From the human T2T-CHM13v2.0 reference genome, Homo sapiens: a stretch of 64,000 bases of DNA. A model generated the notes under the pieces. That model was not told the origin of the DNA and made no database searches. It was given only the letters and a program-made list of their open reading frames with translations. The translations under genes and the position numbers were made by a program. Below, in pieces: positions 1 to 19,297 of this stretch. Each line of letters begins with the position of its first letter. Within the stretch, counting starts at the first letter, position 1. The stretch is taken from NCBI RefSeq assembly GCF_009914755.1, contig NC_060934.1, one strand, 5' to 3'.

Positions 1-1142
1 CATTTCAGCTGTACATGAGAGTCCTGAATGTTTTTTCTCTATTCTAATGTCACAGTCTCCAAAGTTATCAGAAATCTGCATTCAAGAGCACCTGTTAAGA
101 GTTCTATAGTTGATTATAAAACTACCTTTTGAAGAGGATTGAAACAAGACAGCAATTGTCTGTGAATGACAAAAGGTCTTTGGGCCTCCATTAAAGCCAC
201 AATTGACTAGGAATTTTGGTTATTTCTGTGGCATACAACAATTTACTTAACAATTATAACTACTAATAACATACACTAAGTTGTACAAGAATTATAGAGT
301 TTCCTGTAATTTTGGAACACATACCAATTACATATTTATACAAATACAGCACAAAGAAAACCAAACACCATTTCATATTTGACAATGCTTCCTATATGAT
401 TTTTATACCAAATAAGCCAAATTTCACTGTTGCATTATTGACGTTAAACCCAATTCTTAACAAAACCTTATAGACAAATGTATTTCATGTTAATAAGTTT
501 GACCATAAGGTTAAGATTCTCATAAATCTTTTTTTATAACCTTTACAATTTTTGTTAAAGAGTAGGTCTGCTCTAAGAGAGACCTGTTCTGCTTTTATTC
601 CAATGCTCAATTTACAGAAAAACCGAATAATACCCCTTTAACCTTAGCCAATATGTTCACATGCAGAATTTCTTTTACAAGATTAACTTTTCACAAACCT
701 TCCACAACTTGCTTAAACTTTCAGCTTTATCTTATCTAACTTAATGTTTTAATCCTTTAGGCAAAGCCAAAAAAAATTCCCATGACTTCTTATAATCTTT
801 TACCAAAACACATTTCACTTTCTTTATATACCTTGCATGTAAAACTGTTTCTTCAGTAGTCTCAATTACATGTTACATTTTTATGTACTAGGTGTGAAGC
901 CTAAGACATCAGACAGAAGTGCAGGTAAGGGCTGACTCTTTCCAGCATCACAGGGGGCATGGTTATCCACATGTCCCCAAGCCTTTCTAGAATCTAATGC
1001 TCCAAAGTAGGTAAATTGAACAATTTTTAAAAGTCAAAGAAGCAATTTATGACCTTAAAGCATTTAGCAAACCTAATATCTGACCTGCCTAATTTAGATC
1101 AAATGTCTAAATTTTCAAGACACTTTTATTTTACCAATAATC

Positions 1143-1440
<298 letters not shown>

Positions 1441-1541
1441 TCTACCAATAATCTTTAAAACTGTCTGTATTTCCCAAAAATTACTTAAGTCATGTGAACC
1501 AAAAGGCATTACACTTTTTATTTTTCTGATTAAATGTTTGA

Positions 1542-1844
<303 letters not shown>

Positions 1845-2477
1845 CTTTTTTTTTTTTTTTTTTTTTTTTAATTACTGGCTTAGGTTTGAGCAATGATCAT
1901 TTTAAATTAAATTCCCATTCCCTGGATGGTGGAGACCAAGAGGAAGTTCTGCCACGTGTTTACAAGGTCAAGCTCCCAAGGACATTTTTCAACATGTGGT
2001 CTCTGGGCAAGATGGTCGCCCTGAGTAACAGAAAAGATAAGAAAGGGAAAGGAGAGAAAGAGAGAGAGAAAAGCATTGCCTGCAGCAGGGTGGGGAAGGC
2101 AAGGTGCTCAGGGAAGCCAGAGAAAGACCCACCCATCGCCTCAATGCTGAATTAAAAGTTCAGGCAGCCACTTGTCAGTTGCAAAGGGATCTTTTCCAGC
2201 AGTCCCATCAGCTCTCAAGTTTCCCCTTCTAGGGAGGAAAACACTCCCCATGTTCCATATCCCTGTACATGCCTAATCCTGTCACCAACAGCCCTCAGCA
2301 AAGAGTGCAAGGCAGATTAATTCAAAGACAATAGCAGTTAACATCCTATAGTGCCAAACCCATTCTTTGCTGAGAGCGACTTTACTGAGGTGGGGGGCCT
2401 CTAACTCCCTAAACTTTAGGAAGGCTTTAACCTTCCTGAGTTGAGACTTGAACCCAAGTTCAATCAAGCGTCCTTAC

Positions 2478-2595
2478 TTTTTTTTTTTTTTTTTTTTTAG
2501 GCAGAGTCTTGCTCTGTTGCCAGGCTGTAGTGCAGTGGTATGATCTCGGCTCACTGCAAGCTCCGCCTCCCAGGTTCATGCCATTCTCCTGCCTC
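2478..2595 (-). mobile_element. 5'-truncated Alu (part of right arm)
   Basis: Poly-T then ~95 bp of Alu right arm; CTTAC flanks. Confidence 0.9.
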
Positions 2596-2799
2596 TTACC
2601 TTTTATTAAGAGGAAGCTTTAAACTTCTCTGTCTTAGGAGAGACTCTAACTCCCCTAAGTTGGGCCTCTAACCCAATCCCATCCTTTATCCAGGTAAATG
2701 CATCCCACTTATCTAAAGTCAACCAATCAGTGCTATAGTCTATTTTCTTTGGGTTGGGGGTTTCCTCAGTATTGTCCCTTCCGTGGTTCACCTGAAAGA

Positions 2800-3253
<454 letters not shown>

Positions 3254-3490
3254 CGAATTCTATCCCTTGACAGCATTAACCTCTACCTCCTGGAGTGTCA
3301 TTTGCTTTCCATTCTGTTATCAGATCCTGGCCTGTTTCTCCCTAGAGTATAAGCCCCTTGGGAACAGGGACTTAGTCTGCTTTGATCGCAGCTGAATCTC
3401 AGCACCTAGAGCAGGGATGGCATGTTGAGGGCAATCAGCTGGTTTCACGGAACAAATTCAGGGGCAAAGTCCGGATCCGAACCCAGGTCT

Positions 3491-4182
3491 TGTAACCACC
3501 CAATGGGTTCACCTTGCCCGCTGCCTAGACAGACAGAGCCGATTCATCAAGACAGAGGAATTGCAATAAAGAGTGATTCACTCAGAGCTAGCTGTGCAGG
3601 AGACTGGAGTTTTATTATTACTCAAATCAGTCTCCCTGAGCATAACAGGATCAGTTTTTAAGGACAACTTGGTGGGTGGTGGGAAGCCAGTGAGCTAGGA
3701 GTGCTGATTGGTCAGGTCAGAGATAAAATTGTAGGGAGTCGAAGCTGTCCTCCTGTGCTGAGTCAGTTCCTGGGTGGGGGCCACAAGATCAGATGAGCCA
3801 GTTTATGGATCTGCATGGTGTCAGCTGATCCATCAAGTGCAGGGTCTACAACATATCCAAGCACTGAGGTTAGGAGCAGTTTAGGGAGGGTCAGAATCTT
3901 GTAGCCTCCAGCTGCATGACTTCTAAACTATAATTTCTAATCTTGTGGCTAATTTATTAGTCCTTACAAAGGCAGTCTTGTCCCCGGGCAAGAAGGAAGT
4001 TTGTTTTGGTAAAGGGCTGTTATTGTCTTTGTTTTAAACCATAAACTATAAACTAAGTTCCTCCCAAAGTTAGTTCAGTCAACGCCCAGGAATGAATGAG
4101 GACAGCTTAGAGGTTAGAAGCAAGATAGAGTAGGTTAGGTTAGATCTTCACTGTCTGTCATAATTTTGCAAAGGCAGTTTCA
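3491..4182 (-). mobile_element. LTR8 solo LTR (ERV1)
   Basis: 692 bp; minus strand begins TGAAACTGCCTTTGCAAAATTATG and ends GGTTACA like LTR8; flanks GTCT/GTTT (near-perfect 4-bp TSD); interrupts a MIR-like fragment. Confidence 0.85.
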
Positions 4183-5222
4183 GTTTGCCTGATGCTAAAT
4201 GGTTGCTTTTTCCATCTGCCATCCTACTACAGGGGCATAATGAGATTATGTGATGGAAGGAGGCTGCAGAGTTAGCTCCAGCTGCGCTCAGGATTTCAAC
4301 CCAGGTCCTCCAGTCCCAGGCTGTCCTGGTGGAGTCCCTAGTGGGTGGGGCTGCAAAAGAGTTTGCCAAACACCCACGATCCTTCCTCCTACCTCTTGCC
4401 TGGAGAGTTTAAGCAAGGGGATTTGAGGGAATGGTAGACATCTGGGATATTTCTGAGCATGGCAGCAAAACCCATTCAAAGTTCTCCAGCAGGGTAAGGG
4501 TTACTAATGTGGCCGGCCCCTGTATGAAACCCTTGGCCAGCTTGGACTAAAGGCCAGTATCCAGTGCCAGGCCTGCAGTCACAGTCAGATGGGTCTGTGT
4601 GTTCCTCACCAGCACAAAGCGGATTCTGGTCACCATGGAAACTGGGCCCCTGGGCTTCCTTCTAAGGACATCTTTGGACAGCATCCAACCAGCCCCTCCT
4701 GCCCAAGCTGGCCCTGAGGAGAGGCTCAGAGTGGCCTGGGGTATCCAGGATTGCAGGGCTGACCTGTTGACTCAGTTTCTGATCAGGATTCCAAGAAAGG
4801 AGAGATTGCCAGGATTAGCACATTTGGCAGGGGGTTGTGGGTGGCTGGAACCCTGTGCTCAAGACTGGAAAATAGGCGACTGCAGAGTCACTGATTCCAG
4901 AGCTACAAGGGACCTTCAGCATCAACTCATCCAATGTCTTTGTTGTCCAGATGGGGAGACTGAGGCCCAGAGAGGGGAAGCAACTTGCCCAAGGTCATGC
5001 AGGGTGTGAGTGTCAGAGTGGAAATGGTTTTAGGTTGGATTCCCTGAAGCAAGGCCCTGAGTCTAGGATTTGTGTGAAAGTGATTATTTGGAATTCTTTG
5101 GGAGTAGGGAGAGATGGAGGCCAAACAAAGGGGTAATGTCAAGTCATGTACCACAGGTGGGGAGGTGGGGGGTACCCAGTCCTGGAGAGAGCTCAGCTGT
5201 GGAGGCAACGTGGGTCACACCT

Positions 5223-5989
<767 letters not shown>

Positions 5990-6576
5990 CATCTCAAAGT
6001 TATCCTGATCAGGTGACAAGGGAGCTGGAAATTCTATGGCTCCCCACTTGCCAGCTGTTGACAAAAATCTGCCCCAGGAGAGCGTGAATTCCCAGGTACT
6101 TCCAGGGCTCCCTCCTGAGCACGGGCCAGGCAGGTGATGCAGCCCAGGACAGTCCTTCAACAAAGAGACGCAGACGCTGGCTGTAGGGGGTGGAGCACAC
6201 TGGGAGAGGGTGGCCCAGAAGTGAAGGGAGCAGGAAGGAAAGATCTCATCTGCTCCAGAGTTCACCAGGTTCTCTCTCATTGTACGGAGGAGGAAACTGA
6301 TGCTCAGAGAAGGCAAGTCACTTGCTTAAGGTCACACAGTTAGTTAATAGAAGAGGCAGGCCTGGGACCAACTCCCCTGGCTCCAAGTCCTGTGAGTTTC
6401 CCATTTTACTCAGATGTTTCTCATCACGTTCCCACCCTGAGCTGCTGGAAATCAGGGAGGTGAAAGAAGAGAAAGCCAAGAGGAGACAGGCAATGCTTGG
6501 ACAAGCCATTGGTGTGTCTGGCTCCAACTGACACACCGGCTCTGCACACAGGAGGTGTTCTAGAAATGCTCAGAGA

Positions 6577-7026
<450 letters not shown>

Positions 7027-7576
7027 TCAGAGCTATGGCACCATGCCCTTGATGTGTGGAAGGGGAAACTGAGGCCTTAAGAGATAATAGACACCCAAGG
7101 CTGTGTGGATCAGTGAGCAGGCCAGAGTCTGGTCTGTGGAGTCCCATGTGGTCACCGTTCCCTTAGGTCCCCCAGGACTGGGCACCGGCTGGTTATTTCT
7201 AGAATCAGATAACTCATGTCCCCTCCTCTCCATCTGCCTGGCCCTGCTCACACCTTGTTCATCTCTCTTCTAGAGCATCACAGGTCCTGAGGGCCTCCGT
7301 TCCTCTAGTTCTCCTCCTGCAATCCAATCCTCTCGCTGTCTACAGAGCACCACTCTGTGGGGCACTTGGACTTTCTGTCTCTCAGGCACTCCCCATTTCA
7401 CACCTTACATTTCAACCCTGAAACTCTTGCAGTTCCCGCAGTGAGACCTGCTTTACTGCCCACCAGTCTGCCTGCTCCAAGGTCCCTGTTCTTATCTGTC
7501 TTGGTCCCAATGTATCCCCAATATTTGGTCCAGTGCTTGGTCTGTACGAGATATTTGTCAAACTTTTGATGAATGT

Positions 7577-7747
7577 GGGGCCAGCTTCGTGAGTGTGCGA
7601 CCTGTGCAACTGCACAGGGCCCTGGGCTTAGAAGGGCTTTGCACTTGTATGCTCTGCTGATGCTGTCTTGAAGTTCTTAATAATTTGAACAAACATACCT
7701 GCATTTTCATTTTTCACAAGGCCCTACAAATTATGTGGCTAGTCCTA
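7577..7747 (+). mobile_element. MER53 hAT-type DNA transposon remnant
   Basis: ggggccagcttcgtgagtgtgcgacctgtgcaactgcacagggccc...aaattatgtggctagtcct resembles the MER53 consensus. Confidence 0.7.
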
Positions 7748-7751
7748 CATG

Positions 7752-7789
7752 ATGAATGAATGAATGAATGAATGAGTGAATGAATGAAT
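7752..7789. repeat. (TGAA)n microsatellite, likely an L2 tail
   Basis: Direct reading. Confidence 0.85.
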
Positions 7790-8489
7790 GCCTCTGTGTC
7801 TTTGCACATGCTGTTCCCTTTTCACCAGGGACACCGATTCCAATCTTATTTGGTTAAGGTCCCGGCACACTAAAGATGCTCTCAAGAAAGGACAGAGGAC
7901 AGAGATGTGGGCAGGGTTGGGGGTAACATGGGATGGGAACCATCTAGGGACTAGCACTTGGGGTAAGCTTGGAGGCCTTTGGGGCAAGAAGAGGTAGGGG
8001 GCTACTGGAGCCAGGGAGAGCTGGATCCAGGGAGGAGTAAATATTCCCACCTCTCTCACCTCCCTGCTTCCATCTTCTGCCAGTGCGTTTCATAGGCTGA
8101 GTCCAACTAGAAGCCAGAGGATAGGGCCCAGGTAATGCCGCCTGTAGAGGCCCAGCCCTTTGGCATAGAGCAAGCTGAGAAGCGCAGAGAGTGGATGGGG
8201 TGTGAAGGAGGCAAATGGAATCACCATAAAACCTGTGTTAAGCATCCTTCCCCTGCAAAGCCTTCCGTGGTGTCCCTGGGTATAAGGGGATTCCTCTCCC
8301 TGCGTCTCACACAATGACAGTAGCAGTAAGTGTCTCACACTCTGTGCCAGCCCTGTGCTAAGTACCTATGCTGTAGAGTCCGTTATTGTCCCATCTTACA
8401 GATGAGGAACCTGAGACGCAGAAAGGTCACAGCCAGCATATGGCGGAACTGGCATTTGAGCTCAGGGCTGCCTGAAGCTGAAACCCCTG

Positions 8490-9249
<760 letters not shown>

Positions 9250-9644
9250 GAAGAAATTTTTAAACAGGTAAAAAACTAAAAGGAATTGTCTAATGAGCCC
9301 AACATACCCATCATCAGCTTCAACAATGATCACTACAAGGCACAGGTTTCATCCACACTTCCACCCACTCCCACCCACCCATGCCTCCCTCTCTTCAGAG
9401 TGTTTGGAAGGGAATCCCACACATCAGGCACATCATTTTAACTGTATTTCCGCACATAACTCTATACGGCAAAGGCTCCTTTTCACAAAAACAGAACCAC
9501 AATATCATTATCACACCTATACAATGTAACGACAGTTTCTTAAATCATCAAATATGCCATCAAAATTCATATTTCACCAAATTATTTTATAAATCTTTAA
9601 AAAAATACAGTTTGTTTGAATCAAGATATAAAGTCCACGCATTG

Positions 9645-9932
9645 TTTTTATTTTTATTTATTTATTTGTTTATTTATTTTTGAGTCAGGGTTTGGCTCTG
9701 TCGCCCAGGTTGGAGTGCAATGGCATGATCTCGGTTCACTGCAACCTCCGTCTCTCAGGCTCAAGCAATCCTCAGGTGCACCCCACCATGCCCGGCTAAT
9801 TTGGGTATTTGTTGTACAGATGGGTTTTCACCATGTTGCCCAGGCTGGTCTCAAACTCCTGGCCTCAAGTGATCAGCCCACTTCAGCCTCCCAAAGTGCT
9901 GGGATTACAGGTGTGAGCCATCGCACCCGGCC
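9645..9932 (-). mobile_element. Old Alu with internal deletion
   Basis: TSD AAGTCCAC(G/A)CATTG. Confidence 0.9.
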
Positions 9933-10574
9933 GAAGTCCACACATTGTGTTTGCCTAATATGCCTGTGTTGTAAATGGGCTGTAAGCCCCTCTCATGGAG
10001 CCTTTGAGTATCATCCCAAAATGAACTACGAAATCTCACTTGGAGAGGCATATGCAGTGGAAGGGTTTATATTCACAGGTCCTGGAGACAGGAGATACAC
10101 CATGCCACATGGAGGGCGACTGGGAAGCAGCTCCCAGGATCCACTGAGCAGGTGGGGAGCTAAAAGGCATAAAGATTTCATTGTGTGTTGAGTGGCCCTA
10201 AGTCGCAGTTATGGGGGTTGTGGAATAAGGAGAGAGGGACTTATGGGAGGGACCAGCCTTCCCACACTGGGGCACCTGGCCACCTGGCCACCTGGGTGGG
10301 GTGTTCACAGCCTGTTTGTGAGGATGTTGAAGCTTCAGGAAAATACGAAGTTTTTCAAATATATAATACAGTATCCCTTAGGTTTCCTTTTTTTCCCCTT
10401 CAATCTTGTTTATTCTGTAAGTTTCCCTTATATCTCTTCTTTTTTTTTTCCTTATAATTTCTATTTGGTGGTGGTTGTTGAAAACCTTGAGTTTTCCATC
10501 GGTAGAGTTTTCCGCAGTCTGGAGCATGCTGATCTTGGTGGTATCATTTTAGCAATATTCTTCTGTCCTTTATA

Positions 10575-10734
10575 TTTGTTTTGTTTCAGAGACAGGGTCT
10601 TGCTCTATCGCTCAGGCTGGAGTGCAATGGCATGATCATAGCTCACTGAACTCTTGAACTGCTGAGCTCAAGCGATCCTCCCATCTCAGGCTCCTGAGTA
10701 GCTGGGACTACAGGTGTGTGCCACCATGCCACGG
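10575..10734 (-). mobile_element. Alu monomer/AluJ fragment
   Basis: gagacagggtcttgctctatcgctcaggctgg...ccaccatgcc. Confidence 0.85.
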
Positions 10735-11040
10735 TCTCTCATACTTTATCAGATTCTAGGTCATTTCTTCTCTCCTCTTCTTCCTTTTTCTACTTCTTTT
10801 CAGCAAGATTGTTTAATAGGTGACACTTTGTTCTTCCATCAGGAGATACATAATACTTGATGATCTTTTTTTGTGATATTAGCAACTGCTGGTAATCATT
10901 GCCTGCATTGTTTAACTCATTACGGATTGCAAAACAGTGATATTCCACTTCTATGGTTCCTTGTTTATTAGTTGGAATACTTCACATACTTCATGTAAAT
11001 GATTCACCAATCTTTTCAGTTTTCTGAAGATTGTTTTTTT

Positions 11041-11341
11041 GTCAGCTGCAGTGGCTCATCCCTGTAATCCCAGCAACTCAGGAAACTCAGGCAGGAGGCT
11101 CTCTTGAGACCAGGAATGTAAGACCAGCCTGGTCAACAAAGTGAGACCCTGTCTCTAAAATTTTTTTTAAAAATTAGCTGTGTGTTGTGGCATGCACCTG
11201 TGGTCCCAGCTATTCAGGAGGCTGATTTGGGAGGATTGCTTGAGCATGGGAGGTGAAGGCTACAGTCAGCCGTGATTGCATCACAGCATTCCAGCCTGGG
11301 TAACAGAGTGAGACCCTCACTCAAAAAAAAAAAAAAAAAAA
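11041..11341 (+). mobile_element. AluJ
   Basis: Diverged dimeric Alu with A-tail. Confidence 0.9.
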
Positions 11342-11569
11342 GATTGCTTTTTAGTGGATTATCCAGAAAAGGCTCAAAGAAACAATATTCCTTGGGTTTT
11401 TCCATGTTCATAATAGTTTATTTATGTCTTTTATACTTAAAGGTCAGTTTCACTCAGTATAAAATCCTTGGTTCACATTTCCTGAGACATGTCATTAGAT
11501 TGTCTTCTGGCATAAGGCATTGCTGTTGAAAGTAAGATGACAATTTATTTTTCCTTTGTTTATAAGTGA

Positions 11570-11918
<349 letters not shown>

Positions 11919-12029
11919 TGAATTCCCTGCATTTTTTCCTTTTTCTTCAATGCCCAGTAGTTTTCTTAGACACAGGTCTCAGGGTTGATTTGTCCAGGAA
12001 TACAGTGTGCCTCTTCAATAGTTAATTTC

Positions 12030-12325
12030 TTTTTTTTTTTTTTTAAGACGGAGTCTCGCTCTGTCGCCCAGGCTGGACTGCAGTGGCACGATTCGGCTCA
12101 CTGCAAGCTCCGCCTCCTGGGTTCACGCCATTCTCCTGCCTCAGCCTCCCCAGTAGCTGGGACTACAGACGCCCGCCGCCACACCCGGCTAATTTTTCTG
12201 TATCATTAGTAGAGACGGGGTTTCACCGTGTTAGCCAGGATGGTCTCGATCTCCCAATGTCGTGATCCGCCCGCCTCAGCCTCCCAAAGTGCTGGGATTA
12301 CAGGTGTGAGCCACCGCTCTCGGCC
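12030..12325 (-). mobile_element. AluY-like, CpG-rich
   Basis: gcaagctccgcctcc/ttcacgccattctc diagnostics; TSD CAATAGTTAATTTC. Confidence 0.93.
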
Positions 12326-12458
12326 CAATAGTTAATTTCAAGCCATGTTTTATGTGAGGATCATTTCTTTCAATTATAGTTTGGTTTTTGTTCTATCTAC
12401 TGGTTTGGTTTTCTTTAGAGTTCTTCACAGCCCCTTTATTTCTAGATTTTAAATTGCT

Positions 12459-12987
<529 letters not shown>

Positions 12988-13122
12988 AATGCCCTCTTTT
13001 GTATCTTATTTTTCTCTTAAAGTCTTATTTATTGTAATTATTCTCTTTCATTTCTTTTGTTTTCATCTTCATTTCTGAAATTGTTGTTCTTTTATATTTA
13101 ATTATTTGCTGACCTTTATAAT

Positions 13123-13570
13123 CTTTTTATTTTTTAAGAGTCAAGGGCAATCCCAGCACTTTGGGAGGCCGAGGTGGATGGATCACCTGAGGTCAGGAGT
13201 TCTAGACCAGCCTGGCCAACACGGTGAAACCTTGTCTCTACTAAAAATACAAAAATTAGCCAGGCATAGTGGCAGGCGCCAGTAATCCCAGCTACTCAGT
13301 GGGGACCGAGGCAGGAGAATTGCTTGAACCTGGGAGGCGGAGGTTGCAGTGAGCCGAGATTGCGCCATCTCACTCCAGCCTGGGGGACAAGAGCGAGACT
13401 TCGTCTCAAAAAAAAAAAAAAAGAGTCAAGATCTCACTCTGTCACCTGGGCTGAAGTGCAGGGGCACGATCATAGTTCACTGTGGCCTCGAACTTTTGGG
13501 CTGAAGCTATCCTCCCACCTTGGCCTCCCAAAGCACTAGGATTAGAGACGGGAGCCCTGGCACCAGGGCT
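13123..13570. mobile_element. Minus-strand Alu monomer with a plus-strand AluS (13149-13422) inserted in it
   Basis: TSD AAGAGTCAAG at 13136 and 13421. Confidence 0.88.
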
Positions 13571-13810
13571 TATTATCATTTTTCCCAAATCTCCCTTCTT
13601 TTTTCCCCAATTACCTAACTTCTGAGTTTAATTTTGATTTATGTAACTTCATAACGTCTACCATTTAAATAATTTTTCTAATTTTGCTTTGAAATATTAG
13701 GTTGTAGTTTTCATCTGCTTCATGAACATGTTCTGGCATGCTTGCTTTGTAGGAATTCTGTTCTGCTACTTATTCTCTTTTTTCTTATAATTTTACATGA
13801 GATTCAACCT

Positions 13811-14599
13811 CTTTCTTTTTTTCCTTTTTCTTTTTTTAAGTGACGGGGTCTTGCTATGCCCAGGCTGGAGTGCAGGTGTGCAATTATAGCACGCTGTAGC
13901 CTTGACCTTCCAGGCTCAAATGATCCTCCTGCTTCAGCCTCCCAATAGCTGGGGCAACAGGTATGTGCTACTGCATCCAGTCACATTTGATCCTTTTCTG
14001 ATACTACTTTATAAAGTAAAATGAGGCTGGGTAGTGGCACACACCTGTACTCCCAACACTTTGGGAGGCTGATGCAGAAGGATCACTTGAGGTCAGGAGT
14101 TTGAGACTAGCCCGGGCAACATTGCAAGACCCTGACTCTACTACAGAAAAAAAAATTATCCATATGTGGTAGTGCATGCTTGTAGTCCCAGCTACTCAGG
14201 AGGCTGAGGTGGAAGGTTCCCTTGAGCTTGGGAGTTTGAAGTTACAGGGAGCTATGATCATGCCACTGCACTCTGGCCTGGGTGACAGAGCAAGACTGTC
14301 TCTAAAAAACCCACAAAACTGGCTAGACATGGTGGCTCATGCCTGTAATCCCAACACTTTGTGAGACCCAGGCAGGTGAATGGCTTGAGCCGAGGAATTC
14401 AAGACCAGCCTAGGCAACATAGTGAGACCCTGTAGAAAAAATTAGCTGGGCGGAGTGGCACACACCTGTAGTCCCAGCCACTTGGGAAGTTGAGGTGGGA
14501 GGATCACTTAAGCCCCAGAAAGTCAAGTCTGCAGTGAGCCATGATCACTCCACTCCACTCCAGCCTGGGCAACAGAGCAAGACTCTGTCTCAAAAAGAA
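13811..14599. mobile_element. Alu cluster (13811-13980 -, 14025-14309 +, 14321-14599 +)
   Basis: AluJ-like matches. Confidence 0.88.
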
Positions 14600-14619
14600 A
14601 TCCCACAAAACTTTACGTT

Positions 14620-16623
<2,004 letters not shown>

Positions 16624-17171
16624 TTGTAACTGCTGTGGTTTTTCCCCACCCACCTGCACCTTAAGCTTGTGGGTTTAACCCGTCACCTAGTTTTGTTGTG
16701 GATATGATCTGTAGATCTGGGGTTTTTAAAATCCTACTTTTGTTTTCATTTGGGGTGTATTATTCTACTAGGTCTGCCATAACAGACTTACACAATGGCA
16801 ACTTATTTTCTGGAGGCTGGAAGTCCAACATCAGGTGCCATTAGTTTGGTTCCTGGTGAGGCCTCTCTTCCAGCTTATAGACAGCCACCTTCTTGCTGTG
16901 TTCTCACATAGACTTTCCTCTGTGCAGGTGCAGAGAAAGGAAGATATCTGGTGTATGCTGTGTCTTCTTCTTATGAGGACACCAGTCCTATTGGATTAGG
17001 GCCCCACCCTTATGGCCTCAGTTAATTGTAATTTAGACCTTTAAATCTCCATAAAGGTCTATCTTGTTTCATTTGTGCTGCTGTAAGAAAAAAACAAGAA
17101 CAAAAACACCCAAGACTATTTCCCTCCACTGGCAATGAGAAAAAGAAAAAGAAAAAAAAACAGCTAAGACT

Positions 17172-18118
17172 AGTTTTTTTTATTAATTTATTTTTATTTC
17201 AATAGGTTTTTGGGGAACAGGTGGTGTTTGGTTGCATGGATAAGTCCTTTTTTTTTTTTTTTTTTTTTGAGACAGAGTCTCGCTCTGTTGCCTGGCGGGA
17301 GTGCAGTGCAGCGATCTCCACTCACTGCAACCTCTGCCTCCTAGGTTCAAGCAATTCTCATGCCTCAGCCTCCTGAATAGCTGGGACTACAGGTGCATGC
17401 CACCACGCCCAACTAATTTTTGTATTTTTAGTAGAGATGGGGTTTCACCACGTTGGCCAGGATGGTCTCGATCTCTTGACCTCGTGATCCACCCCCCTCG
17501 GCCTCCCAAAGTGCTGGGATTACAGGTGTGAGCCTCTGTGCCCAGCCCCAGATAAGTTCTTTAGTGGTGATTTCTGAGATTTTGGTGCACCCATTACCCA
17601 AGCAGTGTACACTGTACCCAATGTGTAGCGTTTTTTGTTGTTGTTGTTTCTTCCTGAGACAGAGTCTCGCTCTGTCGCCCAGGCTGGAGTACAGGGGCAC
17701 AATCTCAGCTCACTGCAAGCTCCACCTCCCAGGTTCAAGCCATTCTTCTGCCTCAGCCTCCCGAGTAGCTAGGATCACAGGCATGTGCCACCACGACCAG
17801 CTAATTTCTTTTGTATTTTTAGTAGAGATGGGGCTTCACCATGTTAGCCAGGATGGCCCAATGTGTAGTCTTTTATCTCTCACCCCACTTCCATCCTTCC
17901 CCACCACCCGCCAAGTTTTCAAAGTCCATTGTATCATTCTTATGCCTTTGCGTCCTCATAGCTTAGCTCCCACTTATGAGTGAGAATATATGATGTTTGG
18001 TTTTCCATACCTGAGTTACTTCAGTTAGAATAATAGTCTCCAACTCTATCCAGGTTTTTGCAAATGCCATTATTTCATTCTTTTTCATGGCTGAGTTATA
18101 CGTGTGTGTATATATATA

Positions 18119-18153
<35 letters not shown>

Positions 18154-19021
18154 ATATATATATATTTCAACATATATATACCACATTTTCTTTATCCACT
18201 TATTGATTGATGGGCATTTGGGCTGGTTTCATATTTTTGTTATTATTGTTGTTCGTGACCAAGCAGAAGTTTTGATTTTTATGTAGCTTGAATTGATCCA
18301 TCTTTTTCGTTCTTTCTTTTCTTTTTTTTTTTTTTTTGTTTGTTTGTTTGTTTAGTAGAGATGAGGTCTTGCTATGTTGCCCAGGCTAGTCTCAAACCCC
18401 TGAGCTCAAGCAATCCCCTCACCAATGCCAAAGTGCTGGGATTACAGGCATGAGCCACTGCACATGGCCCTGGTGCCATATTTTTGTAATTTCAAATTGT
18501 GCTGCTATCATAATATACAATATAAACATGCATGTGCAAGCATCTTTTTCATATGACTTCTTTTCCTCTGGGTAGATACCCAGTAGTGGGATTCCTGGAT
18601 CAAATGGTAGATCTACTTTTAGTTCTTTAAGGAATCTTCACACTGTTTTCCATAGTGGTTGTACTAGTTTACATTCCCACCAGCAGTGTAAAAGTGTTCC
18701 CTTTTCACCACATCCACACCGACATCAATTATTTTCTTATTTTAAAAATTATGGCTGTTCTTGCAGGAGTAAGGTGATATTGTCACATTGTGGTTTTGAT
18801 TTGCATTTTCCTGATAATTAGTGATGTTGAGCATTTTTTCCTATGTTTGTTGGCCATTTGTATATCTTCTTTTGAGGATTATCTATACATGTCCTTAGCC
18901 CACTTTTTGATGGGAATATTTGTTTTTTTTTCTTGCTAATTTGTTTGAGTTCCTTATAGATTCTGGACACTAGTCCTTTGCCGGATGCATAGTTTGCAAA
19001 GATTTTCTCCCATTCTGTGGG
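17172..19021 (-). mobile_element. 5'-truncated L1 (L1PB1-like 3' end) containing Alus (17248-17547, 17631-17856, 18303-18469) and a (TG/TA)n tract
   Basis: caataggtttttggggaacaggtggtgtttggtt 3'UTR; ORF2 C-terminal peptide [27 protein letters not shown]; Alu TSDs GATAAGT(C/T)CTT and CCCAATGTGTAG. Confidence 0.85.
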
Positions 19022-19297
19022 TGAGACTAAGTAATTTATAAAGAATAGCAATTTTTTTTCTCACAGTTCTAAAGGTTGAGTAGTCCAAGATTGAGGCACC
19101 AGTAAATCTGGTGTCTGGTGTAGGCCCGGTGTATGCTTTCAAGATGGTGCCTCTTGCTGTGTCCTCACATGGTGGAGCAGATGGAAGGGCCAGGAAGCTT
19201 TCTGAAGCCTCTTTTATAAGGGTGTTAATCTCATTTATGAGGGTGGAGCCCTCTTGGCCTAATCACCTCCCAAAGGCCAGACCTCTTCATATCATTC

